This document shows, in pieces, positions 26,719 to 38,535 of a stretch of 64,000 nucleotides of DNA (position 1 is the first letter of the stretch; the number at the start of each line of letters is the position of its first letter). The stretch covers positions 34,968,001 through 35,032,000 of the forward strand of contig NC_043015.1 in the NCBI RefSeq assembly GCF_006345805.1. The letters are read 5' to 3'. This DNA comes from Octopus sinensis (lineage: Eukaryota). Below the pieces are notes generated by a model that saw only the letters and a list, made by a program, of their open reading frames with translations, was not told where the DNA came from and ran no database searches. The position numbers were made by a program, and so were the translations under genes.

Positions 26719-27150
26719 CTCATCATCATCATCATTTAGCGTCTGCTTTCCATGCTAGCATGGGTTGGACGGTTCAACTGGGGCCTGGGAAGCCAGAAGG
26801 CCCAGTCTGATCTGGCAATGTTTTTACAGCTGGATGCCCTTCCTAACGCCAACCACTCCGTGAGTATAGTGGGTGCTTTATATGTGCCAGACGAGTCTGG
26901 CAAACGACCATGATCGGATGGTGCTTTTTACATGCCACCGGCACGAGGCCAGTCGGGGCAGCACTGGCAACGGCCACGTTCGGATGGTTCTCTTACGTGC
27001 TGCAATTTCCATTGATGTTGATCGATTTCGATTCTCACTTGCCTCAACAGGTCTTCACAAGAAGGAAAGGTATGCATAAGTGGACTGGCTACATCCCGTG
27101 TAGAGGCCACGGGTTATGGTCTCATTTGTCCTGCAGAGTCTTCTCACATA
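26719..27150 (-). mobile_element. RTE 3'-UTR-only copy with (GAT)n tail
   Basis: CATCATCATCATCATTTAGCGTCTGCTTTCCATGCTAGCATGGGTTGGACGG..., homologous to 28710-29400. Confidence 0.85.
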
Positions 27151-27174
27151 TATATATATGTGTATATGTGTATA

Positions 27175-27438
27175 TCAGATGTTGTTACACATCGCTGGTC
27201 ACAATGTGTTCGCATTGTTTTAGCCTTCGAATGACACCGCCTCGCTGGCTAAGCGAGCAGGCCAACAGTGAGAGAAAGAGTGGTGAAAGAGTGCAGCAGG
27301 GATCACCACCCCCTGCCGGAGCGTCGTGGAGCTTTTAGGTGTTTTCGCTCAATAAACACACACAACGCCCGGCCTGGGAATCGAAACCGCGATCCTACGA
27401 CCGTGAGTCCGCTGCCCTAACCACTGGGCCATTGCGCC
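27175..27438 (-). mobile_element. tRNA-derived SINE, young copy
   Basis: Box A TGGCCCAGTGG (reverse complement of 27421-27431) and box B GGTTTCGATTCCC (27376-27388). Confidence 0.85.
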
Positions 27439-27537
27439 TTCACATATATGTGTGTATATATATATATGAATATATATATATATATATATGAATATATATA
27501 TATATGAATATATATGAATATATATATATATATATGA

Positions 27538-27880
27538 ATATAATATAATTCGAGACAAAACCACTATTTTAAAACCAAACAAGGAAAGACTTAATCAATA
27601 CATAAAATTTTAATATAAATTCACTTCAAAATTTGATACTGATTAGAAGATCGAAAATCCACCTGAAGATTGTTGGTAGCAGACATGAAACATTTGTAGT
27701 GGCGGTTTATTTAATTTATATTAAAATTTTATGTATTGATTAAGTCTTTCCTTGTTTGGTTTTAAAATAGTGGTTTTGTCTCGAATTATATTATATAATA
27801 TTTTACTATAAAATTGGATTTAACCCTAAATCTGATTTTTTCCCTGTAATTTTGGATTCATTCCCTAATATTTATTATTA
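27538..27880 (+). mobile_element. Short Penelope-like/retrozyme-like element: 84-bp perfect inverted repeat enclosing a hammerhead motif
   Basis: 27538-27621 is the exact reverse complement of 27713-27796; the 91-nt spacer holds the motif; (TA)n on both sides. Confidence 0.65.
27659..27702 (+). ncRNA. Minimal type-I hammerhead ribozyme motif (stem II imperfect)
   Basis: CCAC-CUGAAGA-UUGUUGGUAGCAGACAU-GAAA-C-AUUU-GUA-GUGG: stem I CCAC/GUGG, intact core, near-palindromic stem III ACAUUUGU; the 10.1-11.1 position is a U-U mismatch. Confidence 0.65.
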
Positions 27881-28390
27881 TATATATGAATATATATATA
27901 TATATGAATATATATGAATATATATATATATATGAATATATATGAATATATATATATATGAATATATATGTATATATATATATGAATATGAATATATATA
28001 TATGAATATATATATATATGAATTATATATATATATATATGAATATATATGAATATATATATATATATGAATATATATATATATATATATGAATATATAT
28101 GAATATATATATATATATGAATATATATGAATATATATTATATGAATATATATATATATATATGAATATATATGAATATATATATATATGAATATATATA
28201 TATATATATATATGAATATATATATATATATATATGAATATATATATATATATATATATAATATATATATATATGAATATATGAATATATATGTATATAT
28301 ATGATATATGAATATATGAATATATATGTATATATGAATATATGTATATATGAATATATATGTATATATGAATATATGTATATATGAATA

Positions 28391-28428
<38 letters not shown>

Positions 28429-28445
28429 GTATATATATGTATATT
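27875..28445. repeat. (TA)n microsatellite with TATGAA variant units
   Basis: Direct inspection. Confidence 0.95.
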
Positions 28446-28531
28446 AAGGTATGTAGAAAAATACAACATGGACAAGAACGTATAACTCTTAGAAGACGAT
28501 ACAATAAACATGGACAGGACATTCGAACCCC

Positions 28532-28597
28532 TCAGTCTTCAGTCAAGAACCGGATCATCGTAGTAATTTCGGCTGATTAATCTTGAGATTACTAGAT
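28532..28597 (-). ncRNA. Candidate non-circularly permuted hammerhead-like motif
   Basis: Minus strand: UAGUAAU-C-UCAAGA, UCAGCC-GAAA-UUACUA, UCUUGA-CUGAAGA-CUGA. Stems I (6 bp) and III (7 bp) are perfect and correctly abut the core; stem II is out of register by 2 nt. Confidence 0.4.
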
Positions 28598-28859
28598 CAC
28601 GGCCAGCCCTCCAAGAAAAACTAAGCAACGATGTATATATATATATATATGTATATATATGTATATATGTATATATATGTATATATATGTATATATGTAT
28701 ATATATGTATATCATCATCATCATTTAATGTCCGCTTTCCATGCTAGCATGGGTTGGACGGTTCAACTGGGGTCTGGGGAGCCCGAAAGCTGCACCAGTC
28801 CAGTCAGATCTGGCAGTGTTTCTACAGCTGGATGCCCTTCCTAACGCCAACCACTCCGA

Positions 28860-31633
28860 GAGTGTAGTGGGTGATTTTATGTGCCACCGACACAGGTGCC
28901 AGACGAGGCTGACAAACGGCCACGCTCGGATGGTGTTTTTTATGTGCCACCGACACAGGTGCCAGACGAGGCTGGCAGACGGCCACGCTCGGATGGTGTT
29001 TTTTATGTGCCACCGACACAGGTGCCAGACGAGGCTGGCAGACGGCCACGCTCGGATGGTGTTTTTATGTGCCACCGACACAGGTGCCAGACGAGGCTGG
29101 CAGACGGCCACGCTCGGATGGTGTTTTTATGGTGCTTGTTACGTGCCCACAGCACGGAGGCCAGTCGATGCGGTACTGGCTACGGCCACGTTCGGATGGT
29201 TTTCTTATGTGCCACGTGCCACCGGCACTGGTACCACAAAGATACAAATTCCATTGATGTTCATCTATTTTGATTTGTTTTGATTTGATTTGATTTTCAC
29301 TTGCCTCAACAGGTCTTCACAAGTGTCACAAGAAGGAAGGTATGCACAGGTGGACTGACTACGTCCCAGATAGGGGCCATGGGTTATGGCCTGACTAGTC
29401 TTGCCGGGTCTTCGGATGGTGTTTTTATGTGCCACCGACACAGGTGCTAGATGAGGCTGGCGAACGGCCACGATCGGATGGTGTTTGTCATGTGCCCACC
29501 GCACTGACTACGGCACTGATGGATTTCTTGTGTGCCACAGGCACTGGTACCACAAGATACAAATTCCATTGATGTTCATCTATTTTGTCTATTTTGATTT
29601 GATTTGATTTGATTTTCACTTGCCTCAACCGGTCTTCACAAGTGTCACAAGAAGGAAGGAAGGTATGCACAGGTGGACTGACTAGTCTTGCCGGGTCTTC
29701 GGAAGGTGTTTTTATGTGCCACCGACACAGGTGCCAGATGAGGCTGGCGAACGGCCATGATCGGATGGTGTTTGTTACGTGCCCACAGCACGGAGGCCGG
29801 TCGATGCGGAACTGGCTACGGCCACGTTCGGATGGTTCTTATGTGTGCCACCGGCACTGGTACCACAAAGTGTGTGCCACCGGCACTGGTACCACAAGAT
29901 ACAAATTCCATTGATGTTCATCTATTTTGATTTGTTTTGATTTGATTTTCACTTGCCTCAACAGGTCTTCACAAGTGTCACAAGAAGGAAGGTATGCACA
30001 GGTGGACTGACTACGTCCCAGGTAGGGGCCATGGGTTATGGCCTGACTAGTCTTGCCGGGTCTTCGGATGGTGTTTTTATGTGCCACCGACACAGGTGCT
30101 AGATGAGGCTGGCGAACGGCCACGATCGGATGGCCAGTGATGCGGTACTGACTACGGCCACGTTCGGATGGATTCTTGTGTGCCACCGGCACTGGTACCA
30201 CAAGCGGTACTGACTACGGCCACGTTCGGATGGATTCTTGTGTGCCACCGGCACTGGTACCACAAGCGGTACTGACTACGGCCACGTTCGGATGGATTCT
30301 TGTGTGCCACCGGCACTGGTACCACAAGCGGTACTGACTACGGCCACGTTCGGATGGATTCTTGTGTGCCACTGGCACTGGTACCACAAGGATACAAATT
30401 CCATTGATGTTCATCTATTTTGATTTGTTTTGATTTGATTGATTTGATTTTCACTTGCCTCAACCGGTCTTCACAAGTGTCACAAGAAGGAAGGAAGGTA
30501 TGCACAGGTGGACTGACTAGTCTTGCCGGGTCTTCGGAAGGTGTTTTTATGTGCCACCGACACAGGTGCCAGATGAGGCTGGCGAACGGCCATGATCGGA
30601 TGGTGTTTGTTACGTGCCCACAGCACGGAGGCCGGTCGATGCGGAACTGGCTACGGCCACGTTCGGATGGTTCTTATGTGTGCCACCGGCACTGGTACCA
30701 CAAAGTGTGTGCCACCGGCACTGGTACCACAAAGATACAAATTCCATTGATGTTCATCTATTTTGATTTGTTTTGATTTGATTTTCACTTGCCTCAACAG
30801 GTCTTCACAAGTGTCACAAGAAGGAAGGTATGCACAGGTGGACTGACTACGTCCCAGGTAGGGGCCATGGGTTATGGCCTGACTAGTCTTGCCGGGTCTT
30901 CGGATGGTGTTTTTATGTGCCACCGACACAGGTGCTAGATGAGGCTGGCGAACGGCCACGATCGGATGGCCAGTGATGCGGTACTGACTACGGCCACGTT
31001 CGGATGGATTCTTGTGTGCCACCGGCACTGGTACCACAAGCGGTACTGACTACGGCCACGTTCGGATGGATTCTTGTGTGCCACCGGCACTGGTACCACA
31101 AGCGGTACTGACTACGGCCACGTTCGGATGGATTCTTGTGTGCCACCGGCACTGGTACCACAAGCGGTACTGACTACGGCCACGTTCGGATGGATTCTTG
31201 TGTGCCACTGGCACTGGTACCACAAGGATACAAATTCCATTGATGTTCATCTATTTTGATTTGTTTTGATTTGATTTGATTTTCACTTGCCTCAGCAGGT
31301 CTTCACAAGTCGGAAGGTATGTACAGGTGGACTGACTACGTCCCAGGTAGGGCCCACGGGTTATGACCTGACTAGTCTTGCCGGGTCTTCGGATGGTGTT
31401 TTTATGTGCCACCATGTTCCCACAGCACGGAGGCCAGTCGATGCGGTACTGGCTACGGCCACGTTCGGATGGTTTTCTTGTGTGCCACAGGCACTGGTAC
31501 CACAAAGATACAAATTCCATTGATGTTCATCTATTTTGATTGATTTTCACTTGCCTCAGCAGGTCTTCACAAGTGTCACAAGAAGGAAGGTATGCACAGA
31601 CGTCCCAGGTAGGGGCCACGGGATATGGCCTGA
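28860..31633. repeat. Hierarchical tandem repeats in the RTE 3' UTR (62-63-bp units, ~280-490-bp modules, one 836-bp duplication)
   Basis: CCATTGATGTTCATCTATTTTG recurs at 29251, 29566, 29908, 30401, 30744, 31237 and 31517; 62-bp unit x4 starting at both 30142 and 30978. Confidence 0.9.
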
Positions 31634-33274
31634 CTAGTCCTGCCGGGTCCTCTCATGCACAGCACACTTCCATAGGACTCGGTCTTCAGTCATTTCCTTG
31701 GTGAGACCTAAAGTTCGAAGGTCGTGCTTCACCACCTCGTCCCAGGTTTTCCTGGGTCTACCTCTTCCACAGGTTCCCTCAACTGCTAGGTTGTAGCACT
31801 TTTGCACACAACTATCTTCAGCCATTCTCGTCACATGACCATACCAGCGCAGCCGTCTCTCTTGCACACCACAACTGACACTTCTTAGGTTCAACTTTTC
31901 TCTCAAAGTACTTACACTCTGACGATTATGAACACTGACATTACACATCCATCGGAGCATACTGGCTTCATTTCTTGCAAGCTTACGCATATCCTCAGCT
32001 GTCACGGCCCATGTTTCACTACCATGTAGCATGGCTGTACGTACACACGCATCATATAGTCTGCCTTTTACTCTTAGCGAGAGACCTTTTGTCACCAGCA
32101 GGGGTAAGAGCTCTCTAAACTTTGCCCAGGCTATTCTTACTCTAGCAGTTACACTTTCAGCACACCCACCCCCGCTACTGACTTGGTCTCCTAGGTAGCG
32201 GAAGCTATCAACTACTTCTAGTTTGTCTCCCTGGAACGTGGTAGAAGTTGGACTCTGCACATTTCCAGTGTTTATTTCTCCTGAGCATCTGCCACAGACA
32301 AAAACTATTTTCTTAGTTAGCCTTCCTTTGACATTGCTGCACCTCTTATGTGTCCATAGCTTACACTTGGTGCACCTTATAGAGTTTCTACCTACACCTT
32401 TTTTACAGATCGAGCAGGGCCATCTACCTGAAGTCGTTTGTGGTTGGTCCACCTTCCTACTTATTAGGACTTTGGTTTTGGCTAGGTTGATTCTAAGGCC
32501 CTTCGATTCTAATCCTTGTTTCCACACCTGAAACTTCTCCTCCAGTTCTGATAGTGACTCAGCAATTAGAGCAAGGTCATCAGCATATAGGAGCTCCCAG
32601 GGGCATCCTGTCTTAAATTCTTCCGTTATTGCCTGGAGGACTATGATAAATAGGAGGGGGCTGAGGACTGAACCTTGGTGGACCCCAACCTCTACCCGGA
32701 ATTCTTCACTGTACTCGTTGCCAACCCTCACCTTACTAGCTGCGTCTCTGTACATGGCTCGCACAGCTCTCACTAACCATTCATCTATCCCTAGTTTCCT
32801 CATTGACCACCAGATAAGGGATCGGGGGACCCTGTCAAAGGCTTTCTCTAAGTCAACAAAAGCCAGGTACAAGGGCTTACCTTTGGCTAGGTATTTCTCC
32901 TGCAGCTGTCTTACCAGGAATATAGCATCAGTAGTACTTTTCCCTGGCACGAACCCAAACTGCATATCATCTAAGCTAACTCTCTCTCTAATTAACTGGG
33001 CTATAACCCTCTCCGTAACCTTCATTACCTGATCCAACAGCTTGATGCCCCTGTAGTTATTTGTATCTAGGGCATCGCCTTTACCTTTGTAGCAGTTGAC
33101 TATTATGCTGCTACACCAGTCATTGGGTATGACTCCTTCGTGTATCACCTGGTTAACTATACGGGTGACTATGCTATAGCCGACACTACCAGATATTTTG
33201 AGCATCTCTGCAGTAATTCCTGATGGGCCTGGGGCTTTCCCTGTCTTCATGCTTCTAATTGCCTTAGCTACCAC
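31634..33274 (-). CDS. RTE LINE reverse transcriptase, uninterrupted 546-codon segment with a PHD-like insert
   Basis: NYRGIKLL, MQFGF, DLEKAFDRVP, GVHQGSVLSPLLF, LLYADDL and FRYLG motifs; upstream continuation broken by three 1-nt deletions. Confidence 0.92.
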   Translation of the reverse strand: MVAKAIRSMKTGKAPGPSGITAEMLKISGSVGYSIVTRIVNQVIHEGVIPNDWCSSIIVNCYKGKGDALDTNNYRGIKLLDQVMKVTERVIAQLIRERVSLDDMQFGFVPGKSTTDAIFLVRQLQEKYLAKGKPLYLAFVDLEKAFDRVPRSLIWWSMRKLGIDEWLVRAVRAMYRDAASKVRVGNEYSEEFRVEVGVHQGSVLSPLLFIIVLQAITEEFKTGCPWELLYADDLALIAESLSELEEKFQVWKQGLESKGLRINLAKTKVLISRKVDQPQTTSGRWPCSICKKGVGRNSIRCTKCKLWTHKRCSNVKGRLTKKIVFVCGRCSGEINTGNVQSPTSTTFQGDKLEVVDSFRYLGDQVSSGGGCAESVTARVRIAWAKFRELLPLLVTKGLSLRVKGRLYDACVRTAMLHGSETWAVTAEDMRKLARNEASMLRWMCNVSVHNRQSVSTLREKLNLRSVSCGVQERRLRWYGHVTRMAEDSCVQKCYNLAVEGTCGRGRPRKTWDEVVKHDLRTLGLTKEMTEDRVLWKCAVHERTRQD

Positions 33275-34106
33275 GGAACTATCAACTCGGATAGCTGGTC
33301 CCTCTGTTGGTCAACATTCGGCAGACTCTCTTTATCCCATTCATTTTCCTCATTCAGCAACCTTTCATAGTGGCGTCTCCAAGCTTCTCTCTTTGCATCC
33401 TCATTTAACGCAAGTGAACCATCCTCCATGCGAACACATTTCTCTCCTACCACATCTCGATTCTCTCTCACACACTGTCTTGCAACACGAAATACCTCAA
33501 GTCTTTCATCCTCACGGCGCAGGACATTGGCAAATTTTCTTTTATCTGCTTCCCCTCTGGCTAGATAGACCTGTATCCTAGCTTCCCTTCTGGCAGTCTG
33601 ATACACTTCCCTGCTACCACCGTTCTTCCAGGCCTTCCAAGCCTGTTTCTTTTGTCTAATAGCCCTATCAACAATATTGTTCCACCACCATGTTATTTTG
33701 GGTCTTAAGGGGACTTTGCACCAGCCACAGATCTGGTCAGCGGCTTTCAGCAGTTGTCCCTCAGAAACGTCCAGTTGTCTTCTACCCCATGTGTAGCTAT
33801 ACCCCCTTCCACTTCGTCAAAGGCTTCAAGTAACATATCTCTAAATCTCTGTCCATTCGCAGGGTCTTTAAGCTTCCAGACCTTTCTTCTCCATGTTGGT
33901 CGTCTTTTAGTCGCCCTCTTAGTCCTGATCCTAAAGTCACTAACTACCAGTCTATGTTGTGGGGTGCATTCTTCGCCGGGAAGGTTTTGGCATTTATAAG
34001 CAGCCATCTTTCCCTTTTTCTGGCGAGGATGTAGTCGATTTGGCTAGCATGCCGGCCCGATCGGTAGGTGACCAGGTGGCTTGTTGGTTTCCTGAAGTTA
34101 GTGTTG

Positions 34107-35195
<1,089 letters not shown>

Positions 35196-36830
35196 AAAGT
35201 TAGGATAGCTTTCTCCAACACTAAAAACCTCGCCCAGATAATCGCCTCCCATAATAATAGGCTACTTACTAAGACCCTATCACCTTTTTCCGGAGGCACA
35301 GCCTCTTCCGCTCCCGGTTTAATGCTCAGTAGGAATAATTATAGTAGTAATAATGAGATGAGAGCCAGTACAGTGACACATAATCTCAGCTCCAGCCAGG
35401 GAGTACCCACTAGGGGTATAGTTATAAATAGGGGTGTTGTGGTTGACGGTAATAATGGGAGTAGGGTAGAGAGCCCCATTAGCATCCCCAGCATCATTTC
35501 CCGCAATAGCAGTACCACGGGCAGTAGCAATGACAGCACTCTGATAGATAGTGGAGAATCAGGGGTTATTCCTATAGTTAATAGTGACGTAGTGGAAAAT
35601 AGAGTAGTAAGCGGCTGCAGGTCTCGGAACGAATATAGTGACAGGAACGCAGTTCTAATTTCAGAAACTAATCCTAGCAGATTAAGATTCACGTCGGCGA
35701 ACTCCAAGATCAAAAACGCCGTCTACCAATGCAAGGTTTACACGGACTCAGATGCCTTCACTTATGTAGGGGCATCATCCTCAAGATTGTCTTTGCGTGT
35801 CTCCAACCATTACGCAACTTTTCGGGACGTGAACAAGCGCCAGACCACGGGACTCAGTAAGCTAATATGGCGACTGAAGGATGCGAACTTAAGCTATAGG
35901 CTGGAATGGTCAATTTTGTCGGTGGCCCTCCCATTTGATAGGGGCAGAAGACAGTGCAACCTTTGTGTCTCCGAACTCTTTCATATTTTGTTTGCCAGAG
36001 GCCGGATGGTAAACGGGCTCTTACAGTCGGCTTTTCGATGCCCCCATTGGCGGCGTTACACTTTCCTGGCCTTTAAATAGCGTTTATAAATAATACCGGC
36101 ACCCATAGCCCTTGGTAACAAATTCTGAAATAGCCTTTAAGATATCTACGATTAACTACTGCAAGGGGAATTACTCCTGTAAGACAAACGGGGTTTGGTT
36201 TTCTCACAGCGGGGGGTTTCCTTGACAAGGCAGGCTCAGATGAACACACACACACATAAAACATAATATATATATATTTTTTTATTTTTTTCTTTCTGCC
36301 ACCCAACGGTTATCACGGCAGTAGCCACTGACAGCCGAACGATCAAACGCACACACGTACACAAAAAATGTTTTCTACCCCTACGCCAACACACACATAT
36401 ATAGAACAGTATACACACACACACGTCTCTAAGTAGATTTTTTCTCGCCCCTTATAAAACATCCAATATTCCTTAAATAGTCAGAACTTTATTCTCGGTC
36501 ACAAAGAACATCTATACACCCTCACCCACATGATTGACCGATGCCTGACCCGTTGAATTCTTCAGCCACCGGTTCTCAACATACACTGATAAACAGTTTC
36601 GCCATGGGCTCTTAGGAGCACAGTTCGATTTGTTTTTTGCTCCGCCTCTGTTCTGTTTTTGTGTTTCCAACGGATTTCCTTTTTTCTTCCTGAAGAGAAA
36701 GACACAATATGGTCCCATTATTCAATCGGATTTTGGTAATTTGTGCCTTTCGAAACACGTGTAGAATGAAATAAAACGATTTCTGTTCAATCTGCGTTCA
36801 GCTCCATTTCTACAATTCACCAATAATGTT
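35196..36830 (+). mobile_element. 5'-truncated Penelope-like (Neptune-type) retroelement: end of RT thumb, GIY-YIG endonuclease and 3' pLTR
   Basis: [20 protein letters not shown]...AVYQCKV...[15 protein letters not shown]...[17 protein letters not shown]...CNLCVSE...CPHW; stop at 36080; hammerhead 600 nt downstream. Confidence 0.9.
36682..36771 (+). ncRNA. Intact minimal type-I hammerhead ribozyme in the Penelope-like 3' pLTR
   Basis: Stem I UUUUCUUC/GAAUGAAA; CUGAAGA at 36690-36696; stem II GAAAG-a-CACAA/UUGUG-c-CUUUC with a G10.1-C11.1 pair; GAAA at 36752-36755; palindromic ACACGUGU stem III; cleavage predicted after GUA at 36763. Confidence 0.85.
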
Positions 36831-36834
36831 TTTA

Positions 36835-36858
36835 TATATATATATATGTATATATATG

Positions 36859-36940
<82 letters not shown>

Positions 36941-37070
36941 GTAACTTAGAATAACTTAGAAAGGTTTTAGCCAGTATTGGCCCAGACCATGTCTAACTTA
37001 ATAGCACATATATATATGTATATATGTATATATATATATATGTATATATTATATATGTATATATAATATG

Positions 37071-37102
<32 letters not shown>

Positions 37103-37194
37103 TGTAATATATATATATATGTATATATATATGTATATATATATATATGTAATATATATATATGTAATATATATATATATGTATTATATATATG

Positions 37195-37246
<52 letters not shown>

Positions 37247-37274
37247 TAGTATATATATATATATATATAATATG

Positions 37275-37309
<35 letters not shown>

Positions 37310-37396
37310 GTATATATGTATATATATAATATATGTATATATATATAATGTATATATATATATGTATATAATATATATATGTATATATATATATAT

Positions 37397-37427
<31 letters not shown>

Positions 37428-37636
37428 GTATATATATGTATATGTATATATGTATATATATATATATGTATATATATATATGTTATATATATATATATAT
37501 ATATATGATATATATATATGTATATATATATATGTATATATATATATATTATGTATATATATATATATTGTATATATATATGTATATATATATATATGTA
37601 TATATATGTATATATATATATATATGTATATATATG

Positions 37637-37669
<33 letters not shown>

Positions 37670-37720
37670 GTATATATATATGTATATATGTATGTATATA
37701 TATATACACATACATATATA
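36835..37720. repeat. (TA)n microsatellite, interrupted by a ~65-nt unique segment at ~36942-37008
   Basis: Direct inspection. Confidence 0.95.
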
Positions 37721-38384
37721 TAGAAAATATGTATAACAAAAATGGAGGTCTAGATGGAAACTGGTTATGTAAAGGTGTTGTATAGTGAAACCCCTCCCAG
37801 TAAAAAGTGGTAGGATCCAGCCATTTTAAATAGACCAGTAGCTGGTCATCAAGAGAATGTCTAGAATTGACAGTTCTAGTTGGTGTCTTGTGGATCTATC
37901 AGCTTTAGTAATAGAGAAGTTAGTGTTTTACTATTCTGGTACGAAGCAATACAATGGTATCCGATGACTGTTCTGAAAAAACAATTTGAAAAGTCCCTGT
38001 CAAAATGGAGAAACTCCAACTTATGTGGCATCCTGATCTGAAACTCCACTATTTATAGCCATTTTAAGTAGGCCATTAAAATTTTATTGAAATGGTGCCA
38101 TGTCTCAGAATCTCAGGATTTATTTAGTTCTATACCTACAATAAATGTCCCAAAATTCACGTCCTTGTGGCTTGTGTTTTTTTATTTAACTAGGTCTGAA
38201 AACACTGCAAAATTGACTGTTTGTAACATGTAACAAAATAGACTTTACATAAATATTTTAAAAATTGGCCCAAAAATAGTTTCTCTTTACAAGAACCTGA
38301 GAAAAAATAGGCAACTACTATAGTGTCAATTTCAAAGATATGATATCACAAATATGGCTAATTATTCATTTAGGTCAATTAGGC

Positions 38385-38535
38385 ATGATTTCATTCAATT
38401 TGCTACCCATTCAACTTCTCATATTTCCTAAAATATTTATCTAAATTTCACAAATGAGGTATCAAAATGCTTCTTTCTGGATGCTCTCTAAGAAAGCATA
38501 CAGTAGAAATTACATTTAAAATTTTTATAGTGATA
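38385..38535. repeat. Dispersed AT-rich repeat with a second copy at ~42180-42320 (non-autonomous DNA-transposon-like)
   Basis: Shared blocks CCCATTCAACTT...GAGGTATCAAAATG...GGATGCTCTC.AAGAAAG.ATAC..AGAAATTACATTTAAA. Confidence 0.55.

Larger units (their letters stand above)
28710..34105 (-). mobile_element. Young, 5'-truncated RTE-clade LINE with expanded 3' UTR, inserted in (TA)n
   Basis: Endonuclease C-terminus (SQIDYIL) at ~34030, RT ORF 31634-33274, repeat-rich 3' UTR and (GAT)n tail at ~28710; TA repeats on both flanks. Confidence 0.95.

Noticed and set aside
27370-27438. tRNA-like sequence with boxes A and B
   Set aside because: It continues into a SINE body shared with 24381 and lacks a proper acceptor stem, so it is a SINE head, not a tRNA gene.
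28880-31240. Regularly spaced ~62-bp repeats superficially like a CRISPR array
   Set aside because: Units are contiguous with no unique spacers, there are no cas genes, and the context is a eukaryotic LINE UTR.
28725-31523. Overlapping ORFs with repeated MCHRHRCQ / CATGTG motifs resembling metal-binding peptides
   Set aside because: They arise from the tandemly repeated RTE 3' UTR and are open in several frames on both strands, with no coding signature.
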